From contig JAYVQC010000241.1 of assembly GCA_043757045.1 (NCBI GenBank), positions 10,410 to 74,409 on the forward strand: a stretch of 64,000 nt of DNA. The letters run 5' to 3'. Each line of letters opens with the position of its first letter. Position 1 is the stretch's first letter. This DNA is from Akkermansia sp. (lineage in GTDB: Bacteria; Verrucomicrobiota; Verrucomicrobiia; Limisphaerales; SIBH01). Positions 17,933-27,500 of the stretch are shown here, piece by piece. Below the pieces are notes generated by a model. The model was not told the origin of the DNA. It did no database searches and was given only the letters and a program-made list of their open reading frames with translations. A program made the position numbers and the translations under genes.

Positions 17933-19771
17933 ATGGATACGCACGAAGCTCGTGAAAGTTCGCAGCGAGTTTCTTCTGCCGGTCCGAATCAGAAAGTTTC
18001 AGAAGTAATGCTTGGAAACGCACAAAGCGCCGTTCCTGAATCAACAGGAAAGGCCTTATTGACCGATGATGCGCTGCAATGCCGCCGAGGAGCGGGATGG
18101 CAGCGCCAATTGGTTGTCACCATCGCCCTCATTGCGATGGCGGTCGTGCTTTTGCGCATCGTGGGCGGCGTGAACACTTGGGCCACGCACCGCCTCGAAG
18201 TCCTTCTGACCGTGGGCGGCATCGCCTTCTGGCGCTGGAGTTGGTTCCTCCTTCAGAACGTGCGGGCCATCATCTATCGCTACTGGGTATTTCCCCGCCT
18301 GCGCCGTGATGCCGAGCGCGCGGTGGCCGAGATGGGTCCGGTGCCGGAAGTGACCGTCCTCGCCACGACTTACCACGAGAAGCCTTGGATCACTCGCGCC
18401 GTCTTCGGCTCCATTTTCCGCGAACTCAGCACGCTGCAAGGTTTGGTTAAACCACCCACGCTGATTTGCATCGGCGGCTGCGACGAGGATGACGCGACCA
18501 TCCGCGCCATTCACGCCGAGTGCAGTGCGGAATTGACCCCCGCTGATCCGTCACAATGGCCGCCGAGACTCATCATCGGGCGTGGCGACAAGGGCAAGCG
18601 CCTTGCGCTCGGCCTCGGCATGGAGGAAATCTCCCAGCTTAGTCTGCGCGAAGACGGCGTGGTCATCATTCTCGACGGCGACACCATGTTTCAGACCGGT
18701 CTGCTCGCGAAGGTGCTGCCCATTTTCCGCCTCAAACCCACCGTCTCCGCCATTACAACGAATGAAGATGGCACGGTGAAAGGCGACCCTTGGATCGCGG
18801 AATGGACTTCGCTGCGCTTCGGTTTGCGCCATCGTTCCATGTGCTCGATTTCGCTCTCCGGCAAACTGCTCTGCCTCACCGGGCGTTTTTCTGTTTTCCG
18901 CGCGGCTGTGGTTATTGACCCGAGCTTCCGCGCACAGGTTGAGCACGATGTCATTCATCATTGGCTCTGGGGTTCCTTTGAAATGCTCAGTGGCGACGAC
19001 AAGAGCACCTGGTTCTGGCTGGCAAAGAATGGCCATCGAATGCTCTACGTGCCGGACGCGATGGTCTCGACGTTTGAAGTCGTCTCCGGTTCTGCGGTGC
19101 ATCGCGCGATGGCGAATACGCGCCGCTGGTCCGGCAACAGCGTGCGCCACGGCTGGCGGGCCATGATGCTCGGGCCGAAGAAGCTCGGCTGGTTCCCGTG
19201 GTATTGCCTCATTGATCAGCGGCTCACGATGCTGACAATTTTGTTCGGCCCGTCCGTCGCGATTTTCACCTGCGTGACGGGGCGGTGGGACATGGCGGCG
19301 GCCTATTTGCTTTGGGTTTTTTCCTCACGCATCGCGCACGCATCGATTTCATGGCGGCACGGACGGCGCTTCTCGGCCTACTACATTCCGCTGCAAGTGA
19401 TCGCGGACTGGGTCACGGCGCTGACGAAGTTGTGGGTCATTTTCCACCCGGCAAAACAGAACTGGATGAACCGCGGCAAGCGGACGCTGAACACGACGCA
19501 AGGCTCGGCGTTCTATAAATTGCGCACCGGCTTCGCCCACTACCTCTACGCGTTTTCTTGCGCGTGCGTGATGATCACGGTCGGGCTGGCGCTCGGCTTC
19601 CTCCCGATTTTCCGCGACACGCGGCTGTTCATGCGTTCGACGCCGGCTAAACAACAGACGGAGCCGAAGTCCGATTCTCAGGCGCGCAAACCTTTCTTCA
19701 ATTTCTTCGGCAAGCAAGTCGCCACGAAACCTATTTCACAAAACGCCCTGGCCGCGTCTCCCGAACTCTGA
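17933..19771 (+). CDS. alg8: Alg8-like family-2 glycosyltransferase (mannuronan-synthase type), polytopic membrane protein
   Basis: 612-aa ORF. Blocks match my recollection of Pseudomonas Alg8: VFPRLRR after TM2, ILDGDTMF (DxD), ITTNE, WTSLRFGLRHRSMCSISLSGKLLCLTGRFSVFRA, MLSGDDKSTWFWL, YVPDAMVSTFE and RRWSGNSVR (the QxxRW-equivalent). Multiple N- and C-terminal TM segments. The alternative start at 18008 cannot be excluded. Confidence 0.75.
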   Translation: MDTHEARESSQRVSSAGPNQKVSEVMLGNAQSAVPESTGKALLTDDALQCRRGAGWQRQLVVTIALIAMAVVLLRIVGGVNTWATHRLEVLLTVGGIAFWRWSWFLLQNVRAIIYRYWVFPRLRRDAERAVAEMGPVPEVTVLATTYHEKPWITRAVFGSIFRELSTLQGLVKPPTLICIGGCDEDDATIRAIHAECSAELTPADPSQWPPRLIIGRGDKGKRLALGLGMEEISQLSLREDGVVIILDGDTMFQTGLLAKVLPIFRLKPTVSAITTNEDGTVKGDPWIAEWTSLRFGLRHRSMCSISLSGKLLCLTGRFSVFRAAVVIDPSFRAQVEHDVIHHWLWGSFEMLSGDDKSTWFWLAKNGHRMLYVPDAMVSTFEVVSGSAVHRAMANTRRWSGNSVRHGWRAMMLGPKKLGWFPWYCLIDQRLTMLTILFGPSVAIFTCVTGRWDMAAAYLLWVFSSRIAHASISWRHGRRFSAYYIPLQVIADWVTALTKLWVIFHPAKQNWMNRGKRTLNTTQGSAFYKLRTGFAHYLYAFSCACVMITVGLALGFLPIFRDTRLFMRSTPAKQQTEPKSDSQARKPFFNFFGKQVATKPISQNALAASPEL

Positions 19772-19780
19772 ACATTCACC

Positions 19781-20995
19781 ATGAGCACCACCCCCAACGA
19801 CCAACCCAAAACCAAAGCGCCGGTCGCGCGCACCGTCGTGATCTGCCTCGTGCTGATTCTGACGCTTGCGGCCATTGCCCTCGCGATTCCGTGGGCGAAC
19901 TACCGTTACAAAAACATCGTCCTGCGCGAAGCGTCTGTGCGCGGTGCGGTCACCAAGCTCGGGGCGCGCATTGATGGGCGCATCAAGAGCATCGAAGTCG
20001 TACCCGGCCAGATCGTGACCAAAGGCCAGATCCTTTTGCGGATGGAAGACAGCCACTTGCGCGCGGCGCTGGAGCGGGCGCGGGGTGATCTGAAGTCCGC
20101 CAAGCTTGAACTCGAAAACGAAAAACTCAGTATCGCCCAGGCCCGTCGCCGCCTGATTTTCGAGATTGATCGCAGCAAACTCGCCATCAAAAAGGCCACC
20201 AGCGAAGTCGCCGCCCAGACCAGCAGCCTCACCCGCTTGGAGAAACAATACGACCGCGTCTCAGCCCTCGTTAAGACCGGCGCCGCCGCCGTCGCCGAAC
20301 TCGACAAAATCACCGGCGACCGCGACCGCTCCCTCGCCTATGTCAACTCCGCCGGCACCTCCCTCGAAGTCGCCGAGACCAACCACGAACGCGCAAAGTC
20401 CGAACTCGAAGGACTGCAAATCCGCGAAAACCGCCTCGGCGTCATGGAAGTACAAATCGCCGTCGCCCAAGCCAAAGTGGACATCGCCGAAGCCGACATC
20501 GAATCCGCCATCGTCACCGCCCCCGAAGACGGCCGCGTCATCGAACGCATCGTCAACATCGGCGGCTCCGCCAAAGTCGGCGAGCCCATTCTCTCCGTGT
20601 GGATTGGCAAAGCCTGGGTCGAGGCGTGGGCTGATGAGCGCGACCTGCACAAGATTCAAACCGGCAGTCCCGTGGACATTTCCTTCGACTCCTCACCGGA
20701 TCGCAAACTGACCGGTCGCGTCGAAAGCATCGGCCTGATGACCGACAAGCAGATGGCTCCGAGCCTCGTGCCCACGACGCTGCACGCCTTCATGCGGAAC
20801 AGCGCGATGGTGCCGATTCGCATCGCCCTTGATGACGAGAATCCGCCTGTGCAACTCGGACTCTCCGTCCTCGTTGGCATCCGCAAAGGCGCGGAATCCG
20901 AGTCCATCGCCAAGAAAACGAACGCCACCAAAAACGGCACCGCCACCATTTCCCGTCCCAGCAGCAGCACCGAGCCTTCTGTCACGAAACTCTAA
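19781..20995 (+). CDS. HlyD-type membrane-fusion protein in the Alg44 position, but without a PilZ domain
   Basis: 404-aa ORF starting 9 nt after the synthase. About 17 cytoplasmic residues, then a TM (VVICLVLILTLAAIALAI), a lipoyl hairpin (GRIKSIEVVPGQIVTKGQILLRMED), a long coiled-coil and a beta-barrel (DGRVIERIVNIGGSAKVGEPILSV). The N-terminus is too short to hold a ~100-aa PilZ domain. Confidence 0.8.
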   Translation: MSTTPNDQPKTKAPVARTVVICLVLILTLAAIALAIPWANYRYKNIVLREASVRGAVTKLGARIDGRIKSIEVVPGQIVTKGQILLRMEDSHLRAALERARGDLKSAKLELENEKLSIAQARRRLIFEIDRSKLAIKKATSEVAAQTSSLTRLEKQYDRVSALVKTGAAAVAELDKITGDRDRSLAYVNSAGTSLEVAETNHERAKSELEGLQIRENRLGVMEVQIAVAQAKVDIAEADIESAIVTAPEDGRVIERIVNIGGSAKVGEPILSVWIGKAWVEAWADERDLHKIQTGSPVDISFDSSPDRKLTGRVESIGLMTDKQMAPSLVPTTLHAFMRNSAMVPIRIALDDENPPVQLGLSVLVGIRKGAESESIAKKTNATKNGTATISRPSSSTEPSVTKL

Positions 20996-21071
20996 AACTC
21001 GAAACCAACAGTCCGTTCCAAAACACAGCAGTTCCAAAAACAACAACACCAGAAATCAGAAAGCAGAAAAT

Positions 21072-22532
21072 ATGAAAGTAAGCATCTTCGGTCTCGGATA
21101 TGTCGGGTGCGTCACCGCCGCCTGTTTGGCGAAGGATGGCCACGAAGTCGTGGGCGTGGACGTCGTCGCCTCCAAAGTGGAAAAACTGGCCGCCGGCCGG
21201 GCCACCGTGGTGGAGACGGGTCTCGACGAACTCATCGCGGAGGGTCATCGCACCCGCCGCATCACCGCCACCACCGATGGTCGCAAAGCCGTCCTCGAGA
21301 CGGACGCCTCCATCGTCTGCGTCGGCACGCCCACTGGCAGCGACGGGCAGATGGACCTCACGGCCCTGCGCGCCACCATCGAGTTCATTGGCCGCGCCAT
21401 GCGCGCCAAGATGGACCGCCACGTCGTCATCATGCGCAGCACCGTTCCGGCCGGCACGGCGGAATCGGTCGTGTTGCCGCTGCTCAATCCGAACACGCCG
21501 CCGGCGGCTCTGTTCGCGGACAGCAACCTGATCGTGGTGCCGGAATTCCTGCGCGAAAGCTCGGCCATCGCGGATTATTATGATCCGCCGTTCACGCTGG
21601 TCGGCAGCGCCTCCGGCAAGCCCGACAACAACGCCGAAGTGGTGGAAGAACTCTTCGGCCACATCACCGGCAGCGTGCAGTGGGTGCCGCTCCGCGAAGC
21701 AGAAATGTTGAAGGCCGTGTGCAACGCCTTCCACGCCCTTAAGGTCGCGTTCGCGAACGAAGTCGGCGCGCTCTGCACCGCGATGTCCATTGACGGCCAC
21801 AGCCTGATGGCTCAGTTCGTCAAAGACACCAAGTTGAACATCTCTCCGGCCTACATGCGCCCCGGCCTGCCTTTCGGCGGCTCCTGCTTGCCGAAGGATT
21901 TGCGGATGCTCTGCCAGGTGGCGGGCGATCACGGCGTGGACCTGCCGCTCTTCCGCGGCACGCTGTCCAGCAACGAAGCCCACCTCAAGCGGGTGCTCGA
22001 CCTGGTGCCGAGCCACGGCTCGCGCCGCATTGGTTTGAACGGCCTGGCCTTCAAGTCCGGCACCGACGATTTGCGCGAAAGCCCGATTGTCTTTATCGCC
22101 GAGCATCTCATCGGCAAGGGCTACGACGTGAAGATTCACGATCCTGGCATCCATGAGTCGCTGCTCACCGGCGCGAACAAGGAATACATCGAGACCCGCA
22201 TTCCGCATCTCTCCAGCCGGCTCGTGCCGACGCTCGAGCAGTTGATAGAGCATTCGGACATCCTGTTGCTCACGCGCAACGGCGAGGAACTCGTGCAGAA
22301 GGTCGTGGAATCCGGCAAGCGCCCGATCCTCGTGGACCTGCGCGGTCAGGACAAACTGGTGAAGAAACTTCTCCAGTCCCGCAAGACCAAGAAGGCCATC
22401 GGCGAGGACGCCCTCCTGCCCTCACCGCAGCACGGCAACCGTCCCGCGCCCATCGCCAAGAACGGCGGACGCCCGACAAATGGCAATGGCAACGGCCACA
22501 GCAACGGACGCAAAGACCTGGTCAAAATGTAA
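21072..22532 (+). CDS. algD: GDP-mannose 6-dehydrogenase (AlgD-like; UDP-glucose/GDP-mannose dehydrogenase family)
   Basis: Listed ORF 20829..22532. The real start is the ATG at 21072 (MKVSIFGLGYVGCVTAACLA). Block-for-block similarity to remembered P. aeruginosa AlgD: SIFGLGYVG, VGVDV...K, ICVGTP, VPEFLRESSAIADYYDPP, MRPGLPFGGSCLPKD, GLAFKSGTDDLRESP, GANKEYIE..IPH. It carries a Gly/Asn/Pro-rich C-terminal tail. Confidence 0.85.
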   Translation: MKVSIFGLGYVGCVTAACLAKDGHEVVGVDVVASKVEKLAAGRATVVETGLDELIAEGHRTRRITATTDGRKAVLETDASIVCVGTPTGSDGQMDLTALRATIEFIGRAMRAKMDRHVVIMRSTVPAGTAESVVLPLLNPNTPPAALFADSNLIVVPEFLRESSAIADYYDPPFTLVGSASGKPDNNAEVVEELFGHITGSVQWVPLREAEMLKAVCNAFHALKVAFANEVGALCTAMSIDGHSLMAQFVKDTKLNISPAYMRPGLPFGGSCLPKDLRMLCQVAGDHGVDLPLFRGTLSSNEAHLKRVLDLVPSHGSRRIGLNGLAFKSGTDDLRESPIVFIAEHLIGKGYDVKIHDPGIHESLLTGANKEYIETRIPHLSSRLVPTLEQLIEHSDILLLTRNGEELVQKVVESGKRPILVDLRGQDKLVKKLLQSRKTKKAIGEDALLPSPQHGNRPAPIAKNGGRPTNGNGNGHSNGRKDLVKM

Positions 22533-22591
22533 TTGGAATTGAACGGACGGCCCGCCGCAGCGCCGAGCTGCGGCGGGCTTGCTCGCAAACT

Positions 22592-22683
22592 GAAAAGCAG
22601 AAAGCACAACACAGAAATGAATTCACTAAAGCCCAGGACGCCCTTCTGCTTTCTGCTTTCTGCTTTCTGCTTTCTGCTTTTGC
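22592..22683. repeat. Hairpin element with heptamer-repeat arms (aaagcag)n / (tttctgc)n spanning the epimerase start codon
   Basis: The left arm is gaaaagcagaaagca (22592..22606), upstream of the ATG at 22617. The right arm is ttctgctttctgctttctgctttctgcttttgc (22644..22683), covering codons 10-22. Confidence 0.8.
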
Positions 22684-24494
22684 TCGCCTCCGCCAGCGCC
22701 GTGTCTATCCGCTGGTCCGCCGGCACGAGCGATCCGCTCAACATCAAGACCCCGCGCATTTACGTCACAGGGCCTGGCTCCGCCCAACTCAGCGACATCA
22801 AGGCCGCCGTGCCGAAAGCGCCGCTAGCCCAGGTCGCGCCCGGCGTCTGGCACTTGCGCGCGGAACTTGTCGTCGAGGAAGGCGCACGCCTCGTGCTCTA
22901 CGGCACCAAGCTCGGCGGCGACGTGGACGAACTCCGCCTCCAGAGCAACAACACCGGCAGCCCGATCAACGACATCATCTTCCTCAGCGCCGACTGGGGC
23001 ACGCTCGACATTCGCAGCACCAAGATCACTTCGTGGGACGACGCGGTGAACGGACCCGACACCGAATACAACGTCTATAAACGCTCCTTCGTCCGCATCC
23101 GCTCGGTGCTCGGCACGAATGGCGTGACACCCTTCGAGTCCCGCATGGACATCATTGACAGCGACGTGGGCTACCTCGGCTCGCACAACGCCGAAGCCTA
23201 CGGACTCGTGTGGAAAGTGCTCGAAGAGAAAAACCCCGCCGACCGTCCTTACGGCGCGCTCACGAACCTCTATGCCCTCGTGAACGTGTACGGCAACGTC
23301 TTCCGCAGCCGTCTTCACCACATGTATTTCGGCCACTACTCGTTCGGCTCCTACGGCCAGCACATGGCCGACAACGAGGTGGACCACAACGTCGGCTACG
23401 GACTCGACCCGCACGATGACTCGGACTATCTCCTCATCGAGCGCAACAACGTCCATCACAACGGCTGGCACGGCATCATCGCCTCGCAACGCTGCGATCA
23501 CGCCATCATCCGCAACAACATCACCTGGAACAACGGCAAGAACGGCATCATGCTCCACCGTTATTGCAACGACTCGCTCATCGAGGGCAACCGCACCTTC
23601 CGCAACGGCGACGCCGGCATCGCGCTCTTCGACAACTACCGTACTATCGTCCGCAACAACGTCAGTCTGGAAAACGTCACGGCGGGCATTCGGCTTTCCG
23701 TCGGCCCGGCGGACAACATCATCCATAACAACGAGTTCGCCGACTGCGACAGCTTCGGCATCTATCTCTACAAAGGCGTGGACGCGCCTGCGCCCGGCGA
23801 TAACGGCAAGCCCAAACGCAACGTCTTCCGCAACAACTGGATCCACGACAACCGGGGCCACGGCATCTTCTCTACCAGCGGCGACGACAACACGTTCTCG
23901 CAAAACATCTTCGAGCGGAACGCGAACCTCATCTACTTCGTCAACGGCCAGCGCAACATCTTCGAAAGCAATTCCGTGCCGGCCGGCGTCACGCTGCGGA
24001 TGCAGGGCCTGCCGAACATTCTGACCTCCACAATTATCCGCAACCAGGCCGCGCTGCCCATCCAGGTGGACAACTACAGCACCGCAAATTTCGAGGACAC
24101 GTCCGGGAAAATTTTCGACCCCGAGGAACCCGGCATCGCCACCGTCGCCTCGCCCACCGGCTCGTCGCTCATTCTCTCCACGGTGGACATCGCGAAAACT
24201 TCCTTCGTCCGCACGCGCGCCTTCAAGGTGCGCCCGAACGCCGGCTCCGTGCTCGTCACGCCCACGGTCTGGAACGTCACCGGCGACTTCAGCAAACGCT
24301 GGCTCGTGCAGGCGGGCAGCGCCACCTCGAGCATCATCTACACGGTGGGCGATCTCGAACCGGGCCGTCTCTACACCGTGACCAAGAACGGAGCCGGGAG
24401 CAATTTCACCGCGGACCCCACCGGCACCATCACCTTCACCGACACGGGCGTGTCCACCGGACTCACGGAATTCGTGATTGCACTGAAGCTCTGA
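22617..24494 (+). CDS. Secreted right-handed beta-helix protein, mannuronan C5-epimerase (AlgG/AlgE)-like with a DPHD motif
   Basis: Listed ORF 22533..24494, with the ATG at 22617 (MNSLKPRTPFCFLLSAFCFLLLLASASA signal peptide). CASH/parallel beta-helix repeats read NNVHHNGWHGIIASQ, IRNNITWNNGKNGIMLH, IEGNRTFRNGDAGIALF, VRNNVSLENVTAGIRL. VGYGLDPHDDSDY contains the DPHD motif known as catalytic in AlgG. Confidence 0.7.
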   Translation: MNSLKPRTPFCFLLSAFCFLLLLASASAVSIRWSAGTSDPLNIKTPRIYVTGPGSAQLSDIKAAVPKAPLAQVAPGVWHLRAELVVEEGARLVLYGTKLGGDVDELRLQSNNTGSPINDIIFLSADWGTLDIRSTKITSWDDAVNGPDTEYNVYKRSFVRIRSVLGTNGVTPFESRMDIIDSDVGYLGSHNAEAYGLVWKVLEEKNPADRPYGALTNLYALVNVYGNVFRSRLHHMYFGHYSFGSYGQHMADNEVDHNVGYGLDPHDDSDYLLIERNNVHHNGWHGIIASQRCDHAIIRNNITWNNGKNGIMLHRYCNDSLIEGNRTFRNGDAGIALFDNYRTIVRNNVSLENVTAGIRLSVGPADNIIHNNEFADCDSFGIYLYKGVDAPAPGDNGKPKRNVFRNNWIHDNRGHGIFSTSGDDNTFSQNIFERNANLIYFVNGQRNIFESNSVPAGVTLRMQGLPNILTSTIIRNQAALPIQVDNYSTANFEDTSGKIFDPEEPGIATVASPTGSSLILSTVDIAKTSFVRTRAFKVRPNAGSVLVTPTVWNVTGDFSKRWLVQAGSATSSIIYTVGDLEPGRLYTVTKNGAGSNFTADPTGTITFTDTGVSTGLTEFVIALKL

Positions 24495-24544
24495 TTTTTT
24501 CCGCCGACATGATGAACTACGTGTTAGAAAAAACTTTGGTGACA

Positions 24545-27500
24545 ATGGGAAAGCCGTGTCGCCTGGCGGCGGCGCTGCTGATGGGTGCCGTTGGTCTCAC
24601 GACTCTGGCCCCCGGCGCGGAAGTGGTCGTCACGAACGCCGCCAGCATCACCGCCGCCGCGCTCGCCGCCCAGCCCGGCGACGTCATCGTCATGCAGGAT
24701 GGCGTGTGGCCCGACGCAGACATTCTCTTCGCCTCCTACGGCACCGAAGCCCAGCCCGTCACGATCCGCGCGCAGACGCTGGGACGAGTGCATCTCACCG
24801 GCCAGTCCCGCCTGCGGATGGCGGGTGCCCATCTCGTCGTGGACGGACTCATCTTCACCAATGGCTACCGCACCAGCGGCGACGTCATCGCCTTCCGTGA
24901 CAGTTCCTCCTCGGTGGCGTTCAACTCGAAACTGATCAACTGCGCGGTCATTGGTTACAATCCGCCGAACCCCACCAATGACACCAAGTGGGTCTCGATC
25001 TACGGCGCGAGCAACCGCGTCGAGAGCTGCCATTTCCGCGGCAAGGCCAACGTCGGCACCACGCTCATCGTCTGGGTCAGCGAGCTGCCCGATCCGAACA
25101 ACCCGAACTACCACGTCATCACGCGCAATTATTTCGGCCCGCGCCCGATCCTCACCGCTGCGTCGAACGGCGGCGAAACCATCCGCGTCGGCACCTCGGA
25201 TTACTCGATGAACATTTCGCGCACCACGGTCGAGGACAACTTCTTCGAGCGGTGCAACGGCGACGTGGAAATCATCTCCAGCAAGTCCTGCGAAAACATT
25301 TATCGCCGCAACACCTTCTGGGAATGCGAAGGCGCGCTGACCCTCCGGCACGGCAACAACTGCACCGTCGAGGGCAACTATTTCTTTGGCAATCTCCAGA
25401 CCAACACCGGCGGCGTCCGCATCATTGGCGAGAACCACCGCGTGTTTAACAATTACTTCGAGAACCTGCGCGGCTCGTCGTCGCGCGCGCCGCTTGCGTT
25501 CATGCAGGGGCTTCCGAACTCACCCCTCAACGGCTATTTCCAGGTCAGCAACGCCACCGTCGCCTTCAACACGTTCGTAAATTGCAACAACACCTTCGTG
25601 GTCGGCTTGTCCGGCACCGTGGGCGGTTTGCCCACGTCGCTGCCGCCCAAGGATTCCACGGTGGCGAACAACATCGTGCTTCAGACCTCGGGCCGGATCG
25701 TGGATTTGCGGCTGGGACCGGAGAACTTCACCTGGACCTCGAACTTGTTTGCCAGCACCACGCTGGGCATCACCAATCCGGGCGTGCTGCCGGTGAACGC
25801 GTTGCTGGTCACGAACGGCGTGGATGGAATTTATCGTCCGAGCGTGGCGAGTCCGGCACTGGGGCGTGCGGCGGGCGGGTTTGATTTTGTGACGACGGAT
25901 TTTGAAGGCCACGCGCGTCCGCTCTCGGGCAAGGACATGGGTGCGGATCAGGCGTCGGCCGCGCCGCGCACGAGCGTGCCGCTGTCGGCGCTCGCCACGG
26001 GTCCGCTGTGGATGCGAGTGAGTGGCTCGGTGGTGTCGTGGCCGCCGCCCGCGCCGATTTTTTATGGCACCACGCTGGGCGGTTTGCAGTTGAACGCGCA
26101 GGCGAATGCGGCGGGGACGCTGGCGTATGATCCGCCCGCCGGCACGCTGCTCGCCGCAGGATCGAACCAGGTGTTACGGGTGGTGTTCACGCCGGTGGAC
26201 ACGATCAGTTTTTCGAGCGTGGCGCAGACGGTCACGCTGCACGTTTTGCAGGCTCCGGCGGTGGTGACGTGGCCGCACCCGGCGGAGGTGGCTTATGGCA
26301 CGGCGTTGTCGGCGGCGCAGTTGAATGCGTCGGCGAATGTCGCGGGATCGCTGGCCTACAACCCGACGCTGGGCACGGTGTTGAACGCGGGGACGGGGCA
26401 GGTGTTGCGGGTGGTCTTCACGCCGAACGACGTGGCGAATTTCGCGAGTGTGACGCAGCAAGTGGTGTTGAACGTGGCGAAGGCGCTGCCGAATGTGATC
26501 TGGTCCACGCCGGCGGCGGTGGAGCAGGGTTCGGTTTTGGGTGGCGTGCAGTTGAACGCCTCGGTGGCGGTGCCGGGTTCGTTTGTTTATGGGCCGGCGG
26601 CGGGAACGGTGCTCGCGGCGGGGAGCGGGCAAATTTTGTCCACGGTGTTCACGCCGGCGGACGGGGCGAATTATTTCACGGTCACGCAGACGGTGGAGAT
26701 CAACGTGACCATTGGCGGGCGGACGTTGCCGCGCCTTTCTTGGGCGCAGCCGGCGCCGGTGTTGTTTGGCACGCCGCTGGGGGCGTTGCAGTTGAACGCG
26801 TCGGCAAATGTGTTGGGCACCTTCAGGTACTCGCCGCCGTCGGGCACGGTGTTGCCGGTGGGCAACGGAAATGTGCTGCGGGTGACGTTCACGCCGAATG
26901 ACGGAGATAATTTCGTCGCGGCGACGCAGAGCGTGACGTTGAGCGTGGCGCCGCTGACGAGCAACGCCTTGCTGCGTGTGGCTTACGTCGTGCCGTTCAA
27001 TCGCATTCCGCAAGCGCACGCGACAGCGACGTTGCGCGGGCTGGTGCGGCAGTATCAGGATTTTTTTGCGGCGCAGATGGCGAACAACGGTTTCGGCCGG
27101 CGCTCCTTCACGCTGGAGACGGAGGCGGATGGCGTGACGCCGGTGATTCATGTGCTCACCGTGCCGCAGACGGACAGTTTTTTGCGCGGGGACATTTACG
27201 GGCAGCGCGTATTGGATGCGGCCCGCGGCGCGGGGTTGCCGGTCGGAGCGCCGGGACAGCTTTGGTGGCTGATCCCCGAAGTGCATGTGCAGAATCCCGA
27301 CGGCACGATAAGCGGCAGCTTTGAACTCGGCGTCCACACGAACACGTCACCCATCAGCTCGGGCTGGGCGATCAGCAGCAGCGAAAAACTGGCCCTGTAT
27401 CAGACGAAGTACCAGACGAACGCGCTGCTTTACGACGGACGCATCGTGCCGGAACTGGGGCCGTATCCGCTGGTCCAGGATGTGTCGTTCCCGTGGTTCG

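Noticed and set aside
20829-21071. N-terminal extensions proposed by the ORF track for algD (20829), the epimerase (22533), the 3,300-aa gene (47253), the TPR gene (14791) and the PL8 gene (41930)
   Set aside because: - The extensions overlap upstream genes or repeat elements.
- They are low-complexity.
- They precede canonical starts: MKVSIFGLGYVG for AlgD, and clear signal peptides for the others.
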